DNA of 64,000 nt from an uncultured Oscillospiraceae bacterium. Its GTDB lineage: Bacteria; Bacillota; Clostridia; Oscillospirales; Acutalibacteraceae. The translations under genes were made by a program, and so were the position numbers. Shown here one piece after another: positions 1 through 11,494 of this stretch (the first letter of the stretch is position 1; every line of letters starts with the position of its first letter). The notes beneath the pieces were generated by a model, which was given only the letters and a program-made list of their open reading frames with translations, was not told the DNA's origin and ran no database searches. The stretch covers positions 20,908-84,907 of the forward strand of contig UQBX01000005.1 in NCBI GenBank assembly GCA_900539425.1. Reading direction: 5' to 3'.

Positions 1-2
1 TC

Positions 3-1802
3 ATGGACGTTTCGCCTAAGATGGTAGTTTCAGTTGCTACCGCAATGATTCCTTTCCTTGAAAACGATGACGCAAACCGTGCTCTTATGGGTGCAAACAT
101 GCAGAGGCAGGCAGTTCCGCTTCTCAAGACGGAAGCTCCCGTTGTAGGCACCGGCATGGAATATAAAGCCGCTTACGACTCAGGCGTTGTTGTAATCGCA
201 AAGCGCGGCGGTACCGTTACTGCGGTAGACGCCGAATCAATAGAGATCACCGTTAAAAAAGGCGATGTGGACAGATATGAGCTTATCAAGTTCAGCGGCT
301 CCAACCAGGATACCTGCATAAACCAGAGACCTATCGTTTCAATCCGCCAGAAGGTTGAGGCTGGTCAGGTAATTGCAGACGGTCCCGCAACCTGCAACGG
401 TGAAATTTCACTCGGTAAGAATGCCCTCATCGGCTTTATGACATGGGAAGGCTACAACTACGAGGACGCTGTTCTTATCAATGAAAAAATGGTGCGTGAA
501 GATGTCTACACCTCTATCCACATTGAGGAACACGAGGTTGAGGCAAGAGATACAAAGCTCGGTCCCGAAGAGATCACACGCGATATTCCCAACGTCGGCG
601 AAGACGCTCTTAAAGATCTTGACGAAGACGGTATTATCCGTGTGGGCGCAGAAGTTCATACAGGCGATATCCTTGTCGGCAAGGTAACACCTAAGGGCGA
701 AACAGAACTCACTGCAGAAGAAAGACTGCTCCGTGCTATTTTCGGTGAAAAGGCAAGAGAAGTAAGAGATACTTCACTCCGAGTTCCTCACGGTGAGTAC
801 GGTATTGTTGTTGATGTTAAGCATTTTGAGCGCAAGGACTGCGAAGAACTCAGCCCCGGCGTTAATAAGAAAGTAAGAATTTACATTGCCCAGAAGAGAA
901 AAATCCAGGTGGGCGATAAAATGGCGGGTCGTCACGGAAACAAGGGCGTTGTTTCACGTGTACTTCCGCAGGAAGATATGCCGTTCCTTCCGGACGGCAG
1001 ACCGCTTGACATTGTTCTTAACCCTCTCGGCGTACCTTCACGTATGAACATCGGTCAGGTACTTGAGGTTCATCTTGGCTATGCGGCTAAGGCGCTCGGC
1101 TGGAAGATGTGCACACCCGTATTTGACGGCGCTCACGAGGACGATATCCGCGAATGTCTCCGCCTTGCAGGCCTTTCCGAAGACGGTAAAACGATCCTTA
1201 CGGACGGCAGAACAGGTGAGAAATTTGATAACCCCATAACAGTAGGTTATATGTATTACCTCAAGCTCCATCACCTTGTTGACGATAAGATCCACGCTCG
1301 TTCAACAGGTCCTTACAGCATGGTTACGCAGCAGCCGCTCGGCGGTAAAGCCCAGTTCGGCGGTCAGCGTTTCGGTGAAATGGAAGTTTGGGCACTTGAG
1401 GCTTACGGCGCTGCCTACACTCTTCAGGAGATCATCACCGTTAAGTCGGATGATGTTTCAGGCAGAGTTAAGACCTATGAGGCTATTGTAAAGGGCGAAA
1501 ATATTCCGCCTGCCGGAACTCCCGAATCCTTCAAGGTTCTGTTCAAGGAACTTCAGGCTCTCGGACTTGACGTTCAGCTCAGAGATAAGAACGGCAACGA
1601 GGTAGAGCTCAAGCAGGATATTGATGACGGCACGGAAATTCAGCCGATAGATGAAAACGCATTTTCCGAGGTAAACGATTTTGAAACGAACGGCGACGGC
1701 TATTCTTTCGAAAATCCCGAGGAAGACGGCGAGGAAGCAGGTCAGGATTCTGATTTGGACGATCTGTTCAGCGATACACAGAATGACGATTATGACGAAT
1801 AA
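3..1802 (+). CDS. rpoB: DNA-directed RNA polymerase beta subunit, C-terminal 599 aa; the 5' end lies outside the window. It ends in an extended acidic tail (…[18 protein letters not shown]).
   Basis: Conserved RpoB C-terminal motifs in the translation ([32 protein letters not shown]). It is followed 50 nt later by rpoC. Confidence 0.97.
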   Translation: MDVSPKMVVSVATAMIPFLENDDANRALMGANMQRQAVPLLKTEAPVVGTGMEYKAAYDSGVVVIAKRGGTVTAVDAESIEITVKKGDVDRYELIKFSGSNQDTCINQRPIVSIRQKVEAGQVIADGPATCNGEISLGKNALIGFMTWEGYNYEDAVLINEKMVREDVYTSIHIEEHEVEARDTKLGPEEITRDIPNVGEDALKDLDEDGIIRVGAEVHTGDILVGKVTPKGETELTAEERLLRAIFGEKAREVRDTSLRVPHGEYGIVVDVKHFERKDCEELSPGVNKKVRIYIAQKRKIQVGDKMAGRHGNKGVVSRVLPQEDMPFLPDGRPLDIVLNPLGVPSRMNIGQVLEVHLGYAAKALGWKMCTPVFDGAHEDDIRECLRLAGLSEDGKTILTDGRTGEKFDNPITVGYMYYLKLHHLVDDKIHARSTGPYSMVTQQPLGGKAQFGGQRFGEMEVWALEAYGAAYTLQEIITVKSDDVSGRVKTYEAIVKGENIPPAGTPESFKVLFKELQALGLDVQLRDKNGNEVELKQDIDDGTEIQPIDENAFSEVNDFETNGDGYSFENPEEDGEEAGQDSDLDDLFSDTQNDDYDE

Positions 1803-1851
1803 TCACTGACCGAAAACCTGCATTACATTATATATAAAGGAGTGCTTCCAA

Positions 1852-4800
1852 ATGGAAAATCAAAACGAATTCAGTTCAATAAGAATCGGCCTTGCCTCTC
1901 CTGAAAAGATTCGTGAATGGTCTTACGGCGAGGTTACAAAGCCGGAAACAATAAATTACAGAACTCTTAAGCCTGAGAAGGACGGCCTTTACTGCGAAAA
2001 GATCTTCGGACCTACCAAGGACTGGGAGTGTCACTGCGGAAAGTATAAGAGAATCCGCTATAAAGGCAAAGTCTGCGAGCGCTGCGGCGTAGAGATCACA
2101 CGTTCAAAGGTAAGACGTGAGCGTATGGGTCATATCGAGCTTGCCGCTCCTGTTTCTCATATCTGGTATTTCAAGGGAATACCCAGCCGTCTCGGCCTTG
2201 TGCTTGATATAAGCCCGCGTTATCTTGAAAAAGTTCTTTATTTCGCGCTTTATATCGTAACCGATCCCGGCGATACCCCGCTTGAGAAAATGCAGATCCT
2301 CAATGAAAAAGAATACGCAGATATGCGTGAGCGCTATGAGGATGATTTCGAGGCTGGAATGGGCGCTGAGGCTATCAAAAAGCTTCTTCAGGATATAGAT
2401 GTGTTCCAGCTCCGTGATGAACTCAACGCGGAACTTGAAAACGCAACAGGTCAGAAGAGAGTGCGTCTTCTCAAGAGACTTGATGTTGTAGACGCTTTCT
2501 GCAAGAGCGGCAACAAGCTTGAGTGGATGATTCTTGATGTTATACCCGTAATCCCGCCCGATATCAGACCTATGGTTCAGCTTGACGGCGGCAGATTTGC
2601 AACATCAGACCTCAATGACCTTTACAGAAGAGTTATTAACAGAAACAACCGTCTCAAGAGACTTCTTGAGCTCGGCGCACCCGATATTATCGTAAGAAAC
2701 GAAAAGAGAATGCTTCAGGAAGCTGTTGACGCGCTTATTGATAACGGCCGCAGAGGCAGACCCGTTACAGGCCCCAGCAACCGTCCTCTTAAATCTCTTT
2801 CCGATATGCTCAAGGGTAAGCAGGGACGTTTCCGTCAGAACCTTCTCGGTAAGCGTGTTGACTATTCAGGACGTTCCGTTATCGTTGTAGGCCCTGAACT
2901 TAAAATGCATCAGTGCGGTCTTCCCAAGGAAATGGCAATTGAGCTTTTCAAGCCTTTCGTTATGAAACGCCTCGTTGCAACAGGTGCCGCTTCAAATATC
3001 AAATCAGCAAGGAAAAAGGTTGAAAGAGCGCAGGATCCCGCAGTATGGGATGCTCTTGAGGTAGTTATTAAAGACCACCCCGTAATGCTCAACCGTGCAC
3101 CCACACTTCACCGTCTTGGTATTCAGGCGTTTGAGCCCGTTCTTGTAGAGGGCAGAGCTATTAAGCTTCATCCGCTTGCCTGCACAGCGTTCAATGCTGA
3201 CTTCGACGGTGACCAGATGGCTGTTCACGTTCCTCTTTCAGCTGAGGCACAGGCAGAGGCAAGACTTCTTATGCTTGCTGCCAACAACCTGCTCAAGCCT
3301 TCAGACGGTAAGCCTGTAACAGTTCCTACACAGGATATGGTTATCGGTTCTTACTATCTTACAATGATCAAAGAGGGCGAGCCCGGTCAGCCTAAGTTCT
3401 TCCAGGATGAAGAGAGAACAAACGAAATCTCTTTTGAGGACGTAAAGGCAAAGGTAAACGGCAAGTATTCAGATTCTCAGCTTCTTTGCTCAGATGTGGA
3501 TGACGAACTTGTTTCAGAGTTCTCTATCTATAAATCATATAAGATATACAGAGATAAAGACGAGGCTATGATGGCATATCAAGAGGGTTCTCTCGGTATG
3601 CACTCTCCCGCTAAAATCCGTGTAACAAAGGATACAGAAAGCGGCACAAAGAGCGCTGTTATCATAACCACTATCGGCAGAGTTATCTTCAACAATCCTA
3701 TTCCTCAGGATCTTGGATTTGTTGACCGTTCAAAGCCGGAGCTTGAGTTCAAACCCGAAATAGACTTTGTTGTAAAGAAGGGCGAACTCGGAAAGATAGT
3801 TGATAAACTTATCTCCGTTCACGGCGTTTCTGTAGCATCTGTTGCACTTGACGCAATCAAGGCTCAGGGCTATAAATATTCAACAGTTTCCGGTACCACC
3901 GTTGCTGTATGCGACGCTCTTATTCCGGATGCTAAAAAAGAATTCCTTGATGAGGCTGAAAAGAAAGTTGATGAGATCACTCTCAACTACAATTACGGTC
4001 TTATCACAAACGAAGAGCGTTCCTCAGCCGTAATTAAGGCTTGGGAGGATTGTACAAATAAAGTTACCAACGAGCTTACTTCAAACTTTGACGGTACTCA
4101 TAACCCGATCCACATGATGGTAGATTCAGGTGCTCGTGGTAGTACCGCTCAGCTTCGTCAGCTTGCAGGTATGCGCGGACTTATCGCGAATACTGCTGGT
4201 AAAACAATCGAAATCCCCATCCGTGCTAACTACCGTGAAGGTCTGAATATTCTTGAATACTTCATTTCTTCAAGAGGTGCGCGTAAAGGTCTTGCCGATA
4301 CGGCTCTTCGTACTGCTGACTCAGGTTACCTTACAAGACGTCTTGTAGACGTTTCTCAGGATGTTATTATTCGTGATGATGACTGCGGCTGCAATGATGG
4401 TATCGTTGTTAAGGCAATCATGGATGGTAACCGTGAGCTTGAATCACTCAATGAGCGTCTTGTCGGCAGATTCCCGCTCAATGAGGTAACAGACCCGAAT
4501 ACGGGCGAGGTTATTGCCACACCTGATAAAATGATCACCAAGGATACTGCAGATAAGATTGTTGCTGCTGGTATCAAGGAAGTAAAGATACGCTCACTTA
4601 TCACATGTAAGTCACGCCATGGCGTATGCCGCAAGTGCTACGGTTCAAACCTTGCGTTCAACGAGCCTGTTCAGGTCGGCGAGGCTGTAGGCATCATAGC
4701 TGCTCAGTCAATCGGTGAGCCCGGTACACAGCTTACAATGAGAACGTTCCATACCGGCGGTATCGCAGGCGGTGAAGATATCACACAGGGTCTTCCCAGA

Positions 4801-5604
4801 GTTGAGGAACTTTTCGAGGCAAGAAAGCCGAAGCAGTACGCTATCCTTTCCGAGATTGACGGTACAGTCAGATTCGAAGAGGTTAAGAAAGCTCAGCATA
4901 TCGTTGTTACAAACAATGATACGCTTGAAGAAAAGAAATACCTCATTCCTTACGGCTTCAGAATTCGTGAGGAAATCACAGAGGGCGCGCATGTTGTTAA
5001 GGGTCAGGAACTCACTTACGGTTCAAAGAACCCGAACGACATTCTTGCTATTCTCGGTGAAGAGGCCGTTTATAATTACCTTATTCAGGAAGTTCAGTTT
5101 GCTTACCGTACTCAGGGTGTTGATATCAACGATAAGCACATTGAGGTAATCGTTCGTCAAATGCTCAAGAAGTGTACTGTTGACGATGCCGGAGATACTG
5201 ATCTCGTTTCCGGAACAATGGTTGATGTTGCTGCTGTTGAGGAAGAAAATGACAGAATTGATGCCAGAATCGCAGCAGGAGAGACGGGTCTTAAAAAGGC
5301 AACACGTATTCCTGTTCTTATGGGTATCACCAAGGCTTCACTTGCAACAGATTCATTCCTTTCAGCTGCGTCATTCCAGGAAACAACAAGAGTTCTTACC
5401 GATGCCGCTATCAAGGGCAAGGTTGATCCGCTTATCGGTCTTAAAGAGAACGTTATCATCGGTAAACTTGTTCCCGCAGGCACAGGTATGGATGTGTTCC
5501 GTGATGTTGATGTTATCCCCAGCTATCTTTCTTCAGAGGGTTCAGAAGAAATTTTAAATCTTGAACAGCTTCAAAAGCTATTGACAAATAGTGCTGCTGA
5601 GTGA
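1852..5604 (+). CDS. rpoC: DNA-directed RNA polymerase beta' subunit (1250 aa).
   Basis: Zn-finger [22 protein letters not shown], catalytic [12 protein letters not shown] motif, full-length architecture; RBS aaaggag upstream. Confidence 0.97.
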   Translation: MENQNEFSSIRIGLASPEKIREWSYGEVTKPETINYRTLKPEKDGLYCEKIFGPTKDWECHCGKYKRIRYKGKVCERCGVEITRSKVRRERMGHIELAAPVSHIWYFKGIPSRLGLVLDISPRYLEKVLYFALYIVTDPGDTPLEKMQILNEKEYADMRERYEDDFEAGMGAEAIKKLLQDIDVFQLRDELNAELENATGQKRVRLLKRLDVVDAFCKSGNKLEWMILDVIPVIPPDIRPMVQLDGGRFATSDLNDLYRRVINRNNRLKRLLELGAPDIIVRNEKRMLQEAVDALIDNGRRGRPVTGPSNRPLKSLSDMLKGKQGRFRQNLLGKRVDYSGRSVIVVGPELKMHQCGLPKEMAIELFKPFVMKRLVATGAASNIKSARKKVERAQDPAVWDALEVVIKDHPVMLNRAPTLHRLGIQAFEPVLVEGRAIKLHPLACTAFNADFDGDQMAVHVPLSAEAQAEARLLMLAANNLLKPSDGKPVTVPTQDMVIGSYYLTMIKEGEPGQPKFFQDEERTNEISFEDVKAKVNGKYSDSQLLCSDVDDELVSEFSIYKSYKIYRDKDEAMMAYQEGSLGMHSPAKIRVTKDTESGTKSAVIITTIGRVIFNNPIPQDLGFVDRSKPELEFKPEIDFVVKKGELGKIVDKLISVHGVSVASVALDAIKAQGYKYSTVSGTTVAVCDALIPDAKKEFLDEAEKKVDEITLNYNYGLITNEERSSAVIKAWEDCTNKVTNELTSNFDGTHNPIHMMVDSGARGSTAQLRQLAGMRGLIANTAGKTIEIPIRANYREGLNILEYFISSRGARKGLADTALRTADSGYLTRRLVDVSQDVIIRDDDCGCNDGIVVKAIMDGNRELESLNERLVGRFPLNEVTDPNTGEVIATPDKMITKDTADKIVAAGIKEVKIRSLITCKSRHGVCRKCYGSNLAFNEPVQVGEAVGIIAAQSIGEPGTQLTMRTFHTGGIAGGEDITQGLPRVEELFEARKPKQYAILSEIDGTVRFEEVKKAQHIVVTNNDTLEEKKYLIPYGFRIREEITEGAHVVKGQELTYGSKNPNDILAILGEEAVYNYLIQEVQFAYRTQGVDINDKHIEVIVRQMLKKCTVDDAGDTDLVSGTMVDVAAVEEENDRIDARIAAGETGLKKATRIPVLMGITKASLATDSFLSAASFQETTRVLTDAAIKGKVDPLIGLKENVIIGKLVPAGTGMDVFRDVDVIPSYLSSEGSEEILNLEQLQKLLTNSAAE

Positions 5605-5681
5605 TATACTTGATAATTGTGCGAGTGGAAAAACAGCACATTTAACAAATATTTTTAATTAATTTGGCACTAATGCACAAA

Positions 5682-5714
5682 ATATTGAGGCAGGCTTTTT
5701 GCCCGCCTCAATAT
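5682..5714. other. Near-perfect 13-bp stem-loop (atattgaggcaggc-ttttt-gcccgcctcaatat) in the rpoC-rpsL spacer. It may be a terminator or attenuator; the U-tract sits in the loop rather than 3' of the stem.
   Basis: Inverted repeat read directly from the sequence. Confidence 0.35.
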
Positions 5715-5805
5715 GTGCGTGTAAACGGGCGTTTTTATAAAAATAAGAGCGTCGGTTTATGCGCACATGATGCGTATAAATATTACAGAAAGGAGATATA
5801 AACTA

Positions 5806-6228
5806 TTGCCTACCTTTAATCAGTTAGTAAGAACAGGCAGAAAGTCTGTAGAGAAAAAGGCGAAGGCGCCGGCACTTTTGAAGAGCCTTAACACAAAGAA
5901 AAATGTTATGAATGATAACTGCTCTCCTCAGAAGCGCGGCGTTTGCACAGCAGTAAAGACTGCTACACCTAAAAAGCCTAACTCCGCACTTCGTAAGATT
6001 GCCCGTGTACGCCTTACAAACGGAATGGAAGTTTCAGCTTATATTCCCGGCGTTGGCCACAATCTTCAGGAACACTCTGTTGTTATGGTGCGCGGCGGAC
6101 GTGTTAAGGACCTTCCCGGTGTGCGTTACCACATCATCCGCGGAACTCTTGATACACAGGGCGTAAACGGCAGAATGCAGGCGCGCTCAAAGTATGGCGC
6201 AAAGAAGCCTAAGGCTGCTAAGAAATAA
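5806..6228 (+). CDS. rpsL: 30S ribosomal protein S12 (TTG start; the ORF-track start at 5767 is probably too far upstream).
   Basis: [12 protein letters not shown]…[10 protein letters not shown]…[18 protein letters not shown]; RBS aaaggag 8 nt upstream of TTG. Confidence 0.9.
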   Translation: MPTFNQLVRTGRKSVEKKAKAPALLKSLNTKKNVMNDNCSPQKRGVCTAVKTATPKKPNSALRKIARVRLTNGMEVSAYIPGVGHNLQEHSVVMVRGGRVKDLPGVRYHIIRGTLDTQGVNGRMQARSKYGAKKPKAAKK

Positions 6229-6365
6229 GCAGTAGACCCCTATCGGAAAAACAATAGTTTATACCTTTTATATATAATGTATATGCGGTATAGCCTACTT
6301 GTTGACTCCACGGGAAAACCGAGTACCTATGAACTCATTATTAATTATGAAGGAGGGAAGCGAAG

Positions 6366-6836
6366 ATGCCAAGAAGAGGCCAAATCGCTAAGCGTGATGT
6401 GTTGCCCGATCCGCTTTACAACTCAAAGCTTGTAACGCGTCTTATCAACAACATCATGTATGACGGAAAAAAGGGTGTCGCGCAGAAAATCGTTTACGGC
6501 GCGTTTGACATCATTAAAGAAAAAACGGGTAACGATCCCCTTGAGGCTTTCCAGGCCGCAATGGAAAACGTTATGCCTACCCTTGAGGTAAAGGCTCGCC
6601 GTGTCGGCGGTGCAACTTATCAGGTTCCGCTTGAGGTTCGCCCCGAAAGACGCCAGACTCTCGGTCTGCGTTGGATTACGGCTTATGCCCGTGAGCGTTC
6701 TGAAAGAACAATGAAAGAACGCCTTGCTGCGGAGATTATGGACGCTGTTAATAAAACAGGCGGCGCAGTTAAGAAATGTGATGATACTCATAAGATGGCA
6801 GAGGCAAACAAGGCTTTTGCTCATTTCAGATATTAA
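6366..6836 (+). CDS. rpsG: 30S ribosomal protein S7.
   Basis: MPRRG…[17 protein letters not shown]…; RBS gaaggaggg. Confidence 0.95.
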   Translation: MPRRGQIAKRDVLPDPLYNSKLVTRLINNIMYDGKKGVAQKIVYGAFDIIKEKTGNDPLEAFQAAMENVMPTLEVKARRVGGATYQVPLEVRPERRQTLGLRWITAYARERSERTMKERLAAEIMDAVNKTGGAVKKCDDTHKMAEANKAFAHFRY

Positions 6837-6862
6837 TCCCATAATCAGATTAGGAGGATATT

Positions 6863-8956
6863 ATGCCAAGAAAAGTATCTCTTGAAAAGACAAGAAATAT
6901 TGGTATTATGGCGCACATTGATGCCGGTAAAACAACAACTACCGAGCGTATCCTTTATTATACGGGAATAAATCATAAGATCGGCGAAACCCATGACGGC
7001 GCTGCCACAATGGACTGGATGGCGCAGGAGCAGGAAAGAGGTATCACAATCACCTCCGCCGCTACAACCTGTTTTTGGAAAAATCACAGGATTAACATTA
7101 TTGATACACCGGGCCACGTTGACTTCACTGTTGAAGTTCAGCGTTCACTGCGTGTACTTGACGGCGCTGTTACCGTTCTTTGTGCAAAGGGCGGTGTAGA
7201 GCCTCAGTCTGAAACCGTATGGCGTCAGGCTGACGATTATAATGTTCCCCGTATGATCTATGTAAATAAAATGGATATTATGGGCGCAGACTTTTACAAT
7301 GTTCTTAACATGGTAAAAGATAGATTTAAGTGCAACGCTGTTCCGATTCAGCTTCCTATCGGTTCTGAGGATACCTTCAGAGGTATCGTAGACCTTATCA
7401 ATATGGATGCTGAAATCTATTATGACGATATGGGCAACGATATCCGCCGTGAGGAAATTCCGGAGGATATGAAAGAGCTTGCTCAGGAATATCGTGAAAA
7501 GCTTCTTGAAGCTGTTGCGGAGCAGGACGAAGAACTTATGGAAAAATATTTCGACGGCCAGGAACTCACTGTCGACGAAATTAAAAAGACTATCAGAAAG
7601 GCAACTTGCAGCTGTAACATGGTACCCATCACTTGCGGTACATCTTACAGAAACAAGGGCGTTCAGCCGCTCCTTGACGCTATTGTTGAATTTATGCCGG
7701 CTCCTACCGACGTTGAATCAATCAAGGGCGTAAATCCTGAGACTGACGAGGAAGAATATCGTCATTCTTCAGATTCAGAGCCTTTCTCAGCTCTTGCATT
7801 CAAGATTGCAACAGACCCGTTTGTTGGTAAGATCTGCTACTTCCGTGTATATTCAGGCGTTCTCAACGCAGGCTCTCAGGTTTATAACTCAGTTAAGGGC
7901 CACAGAGAGAGAATGGGCAGAATCCTTCAGATGCATGCAAACCACAGAGAAGATATTACAGAGGTTTACGCAGGCGATATCGCCGCTGCCGTAGGTCTCA
8001 AGAACACCACAACAGGTGATACTCTCTGCGATGAAGACCATCCCATCATCCTTGAGTCAATGAACTTCCCGGATCCCGTTATCCGTGTTGCTGTTGAGCC
8101 CAAGACCAAAGCCGGTCAGGAAAAGATGGGTATCGCTCTTGCAAAGCTTGCTGAAGAAGACCCCACATTCAAGGTTTATACCGATGAGGAAACAGGCCAG
8201 ACTATTATCGCCGGCATGGGCGAACTTCATCTTGAAATTATCGTAGACCGTATGCTTCGTGAATTCAAGGTTGAAGCTAATATCGGTGCTCCTCAGGTTG
8301 CTTATAAAGAAACAATTCAGTCCGAATCAATGTCTGATACTAAGTATAAGCGTCAGTCAGGCGGTTCAGGTCAGTACGGTCATGTTAAGATCCGTATGTC
8401 ACCGAACCTTGATGAAAACGGTATCGGCAAGGGCTATGAATTCATTAACTCCGTTGTCGGCGGTGCTATTCCTAAGGAATATATCCCCGCTGTTGACGCA
8501 GGTATTCAGGGTGCAATGAAGAGCGGCGTTCTCGCCGGTTACCCCATGGTTGATATCAAAGTTGAGCTTTACGATGGATCTTATCATGAGGTAGACTCAT
8601 CTGAAATGGCATTCAAGATCGCAGGTTCTATGGCGTTCAAAGACGCTGCTAAGAAAGCAAATCCCGTTATTCTTGAGCCTATGATGAAAGTAACCGTAAT
8701 CGTACCTGAGGAATACATGGGCGATGTTATCGGCGACCTTAACTCACGCCGTGGCCAGATTCAGGGTATGGAAGACAGAGCAGGCGCAAAGCAGGTTAAC
8801 GCTCGTGTTCCGCTTTCTGAAATGTTTGGCTATGTAAACGATCTTCGTTCAAAGACCCAGGGCCGTGGTCAGTACACCATGGAGCCGGACGGCTATGAGC
8901 AGGTTCCGAAGTCAATTTCTGAGGAAATCATTTCCACAAGAACCAAAAAGGATTAA
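6863..8956 (+). CDS. fusA: Elongation factor G.
   Basis: [26 protein letters not shown], 697 aa. Confidence 0.97.
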   Translation: MPRKVSLEKTRNIGIMAHIDAGKTTTTERILYYTGINHKIGETHDGAATMDWMAQEQERGITITSAATTCFWKNHRINIIDTPGHVDFTVEVQRSLRVLDGAVTVLCAKGGVEPQSETVWRQADDYNVPRMIYVNKMDIMGADFYNVLNMVKDRFKCNAVPIQLPIGSEDTFRGIVDLINMDAEIYYDDMGNDIRREEIPEDMKELAQEYREKLLEAVAEQDEELMEKYFDGQELTVDEIKKTIRKATCSCNMVPITCGTSYRNKGVQPLLDAIVEFMPAPTDVESIKGVNPETDEEEYRHSSDSEPFSALAFKIATDPFVGKICYFRVYSGVLNAGSQVYNSVKGHRERMGRILQMHANHREDITEVYAGDIAAAVGLKNTTTGDTLCDEDHPIILESMNFPDPVIRVAVEPKTKAGQEKMGIALAKLAEEDPTFKVYTDEETGQTIIAGMGELHLEIIVDRMLREFKVEANIGAPQVAYKETIQSESMSDTKYKRQSGGSGQYGHVKIRMSPNLDENGIGKGYEFINSVVGGAIPKEYIPAVDAGIQGAMKSGVLAGYPMVDIKVELYDGSYHEVDSSEMAFKIAGSMAFKDAAKKANPVILEPMMKVTVIVPEEYMGDVIGDLNSRRGQIQGMEDRAGAKQVNARVPLSEMFGYVNDLRSKTQGRGQYTMEPDGYEQVPKSISEEIISTRTKKD

Positions 8957-8992
8957 TTTGATCCTTTAATTAAACAAAATTACTAAAAACAC

Positions 8993-9021
8993 TTGATATT
9001 TTATCTGTGCTTTGATAAAAT
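8993..9021 (+). promoter_or_regulatory. Sigma-A-like promoter TTGATA-17-TAAAAT in front of tuf.
   Basis: Hexamers and spacing read from the sequence. Confidence 0.5.
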
Positions 9022-9066
9022 AATCATAACAATTTATCTACCTAAATTTCTAAGGAGGAAAATCCA

Positions 9067-10263
9067 ATGGCAAAAGAAAAGTTTAACCGTTCTAAACCGC
9101 ATGTAAACATCGGTACCATCGGACACGTTGACCATGGTAAGACAACTCTTACAGCGGCTATTACAAAGTATCTTGCAAATGAAGGTCACGCTAAGTTTGA
9201 GGACTATGCTGATATTGATAAGGCTCCCGAAGAGAGAGAGCGTGGTATCACAATTAACACTGCACACGTTGAGTATGAGACAGAAACTCGTCACTATGCT
9301 CACGTTGACTGCCCCGGCCATGCTGACTATATCAAGAACATGATCACCGGTGCTGCTCAGATGGACGGCGCTATCCTTGTTATCGCTGCAACTGATGGTC
9401 CTATGGCTCAGACTAAAGAGCACCTTCTTCTTGCTCGTCAGGTTGGCGTACCTTACATCGTTGTATTCATGAACAAGGTAGACCAGGTAGACGACGAAGA
9501 GCTTCTTGAGCTTGTTGAAATGGAAATCCGTGATACTCTTAGCGAGTATGAATTCCCCGGAGATGACATTCCGATCATCAGAGGTTCAGCTCTTAACGCT
9601 CTTAACGCTCCTTCAAATGACGATCCTGCTTGCGATTGCATCAGAGAGCTCCTTGCAGCTGTTGACTCTTACATCCCCACTCCTGAGCGTGATGAGAACC
9701 TTCCGTTCCTTATGCCCGTAGAGGATGTTATGACAATCACAGGCCGTGGTACTGTTGCTACCGGTAGAGTAGAGCGTGGTGTTCTTAAGCTCAACGAGGA
9801 AGTTGAAATCGTTGGTATTAAGCCCGAAATCAGAAAGACAGTTTGCACAGGTCTTGAAATGTTCCGTAAGTCACTTGACTTCACACAGGCTGGTGATAAC
9901 GTAGGTGCACTTCTTCGTGGTGTTCAGAGAACTGAGATCCAGAGAGGACAGGTTCTTGCAAAGCCCGGTTCAATTCATCCCCACACCAAGTTCAAGGGTC
10001 AGGTTTACGTACTGACTAAGGATGAAGGCGGCCGTCATACTCCTTTCTTCAACAACTATCGTCCTCAGTTCTATTTCAGAACAACTGACGTTACTGGTGT
10101 TATTACTCTTCCCGAAGGCACAGAGATGTGCATGCCCGGAGATAACGTTCTTATGGATGTTGAGCTTATTACTCCTATCGCTATCGAAAAGGGTCTTCGT
10201 TTCGCTATCCGTGAAGGCGGCAGAACAGTAGGTTCAGGCGTTGTAACAGAGATCAACGAGTAA
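9067..10263 (+). CDS. tuf: Elongation factor Tu.
   Basis: [23 protein letters not shown], 398 aa; RBS taaggagg. Confidence 0.98.
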   Translation: MAKEKFNRSKPHVNIGTIGHVDHGKTTLTAAITKYLANEGHAKFEDYADIDKAPEERERGITINTAHVEYETETRHYAHVDCPGHADYIKNMITGAAQMDGAILVIAATDGPMAQTKEHLLLARQVGVPYIVVFMNKVDQVDDEELLELVEMEIRDTLSEYEFPGDDIPIIRGSALNALNAPSNDDPACDCIRELLAAVDSYIPTPERDENLPFLMPVEDVMTITGRGTVATGRVERGVLKLNEEVEIVGIKPEIRKTVCTGLEMFRKSLDFTQAGDNVGALLRGVQRTEIQRGQVLAKPGSIHPHTKFKGQVYVLTKDEGGRHTPFFNNYRPQFYFRTTDVTGVITLPEGTEMCMPGDNVLMDVELITPIAIEKGLRFAIREGGRTVGSGVVTEINE

Positions 10264-10275
10264 TTCTTTTTAATA

Positions 10276-10303
10276 AAAGAGCAGTCTTCGGACTGCTCTT
10301 TTG
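10276..10303. terminator. Rho-independent terminator aaaagagcagtcttcggactgctctttt (8-bp perfect stem, ttcg loop, A/T runs on both sides, so it can act in both directions).
   Basis: Hairpin plus U-tract directly after the tuf stop. Confidence 0.8.
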
Positions 10304-10324
10304 AATTTTCAGGGTATATAATAT

Positions 10325-11353
10325 ATGGGTAAGATCAACTTATTTAAGGCTGATTATATTAATTCAACTAAAGGTAAAAATTTCACTCCGTGGATTAATT
10401 ATGTAAAAGGAATAGCCATTATTTTAGTTCTTATCGCTCACGATTTGGAGGGCGATAATTGGCTCAATATTTGGATATATTCTTTTCATATGCCGGTTTT
10501 CATGGTTCTTAGCGGTTTCCTTATCAAAGAAACCACCATTTCTCAGCCTTTTTCCAAAGTGCTGAAAAAATATTTAAAATCACTTATACTTCCATATTAT
10601 CTTATAGGATTTTGCGTGCTTTTAATAGAAGTTGCAAAAGATATTATCCAGCGGGATATCTCTGTTAAGAATGAATTAACTTTGCTTTTTAACTGGATAT
10701 TTATGATAGGTATAAAGGCGGACTGGTTTTTGCCGTGTCTGTTTTTCGGAATTATAATAAACATATTGCTTTTAAAACTCTTTAAAGGAAACCGGATATT
10801 TTTAGCGATCGCCGTCATCTGCATTGCTGTTTTATGCTGTTTGGTACCGCATGAAATTGCAATAATAAATGTACTGCTGAGAGGCGGATTGGCAAGTGCG
10901 TATATTTGCATAGGTATATTGCTTAGAGATTTCAAAAACAAATCTCCGCAATTGTTAAATCAAGTAAAAAAATACATAATACCGCTATTTGTTTTGCTGC
11001 TTGCGATAAATATTGCATTAACGGTAGTGAATGGCAAAGTAAGCTTTGCTGCCTTGTCTTTTGGTAAAAGCAGTATTCTTTTTTATATAAATGGCACGGT
11101 AGGAAGTATAATGCTTATGCTGTTTTGCAAGCTTATCGGGAAATTTAAATTGAAGCTGTTGAACTATTGCGGTATAAACAGCATTATAATTATGGCAACT
11201 CATATGGAAATAATGGCGCTGATAAATACCGCCATGGAATATGTTTTGCCTGAAAAAAACGTTGTTTTTATCTGTATAAGCATAATTGCTACATTTATAA
11301 TTTCACTTCTTTGTATTCCTTTTGCAAATAAAGTGCTTTCAAAAATCAGATAA
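10325..11353 (+). CDS. Acyltransferase family 3 (OafA/OatA-like) integral membrane protein.
   Basis: Multi-TM protein with the AT3 hallmark …IAHDLEG…HMPVFMVLSGFLI… Very AT-rich compared with its neighbours. Confidence 0.75.
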   Translation: MGKINLFKADYINSTKGKNFTPWINYVKGIAIILVLIAHDLEGDNWLNIWIYSFHMPVFMVLSGFLIKETTISQPFSKVLKKYLKSLILPYYLIGFCVLLIEVAKDIIQRDISVKNELTLLFNWIFMIGIKADWFLPCLFFGIIINILLLKLFKGNRIFLAIAVICIAVLCCLVPHEIAIINVLLRGGLASAYICIGILLRDFKNKSPQLLNQVKKYIIPLFVLLLAINIALTVVNGKVSFAALSFGKSSILFYINGTVGSIMLMLFCKLIGKFKLKLLNYCGINSIIIMATHMEIMALINTAMEYVLPEKNVVFICISIIATFIISLLCIPFANKVLSKIR

Positions 11354-11355
11354 CA

Positions 11356-11385
11356 AAAAAGAGCAGTCTTCGGACTGCTCTTTTT
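11356..11385. terminator. Second, identical copy of the tuf terminator hairpin (aaaaaagagcagtcttcggactgctctttttc).
   Basis: Same 28-nt core as 10276-10303. Confidence 0.8.
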
Positions 11386-11494
11386 CTTTTAAATTCTGTT
11401 ATATGCTCCAGAAAAATTAAGCCTAGCTCTAAAAAAATCATTCGCCTCCTTTATTTTTATTAATGATTATGGTACAATTTTAAAGGTGAAATTT

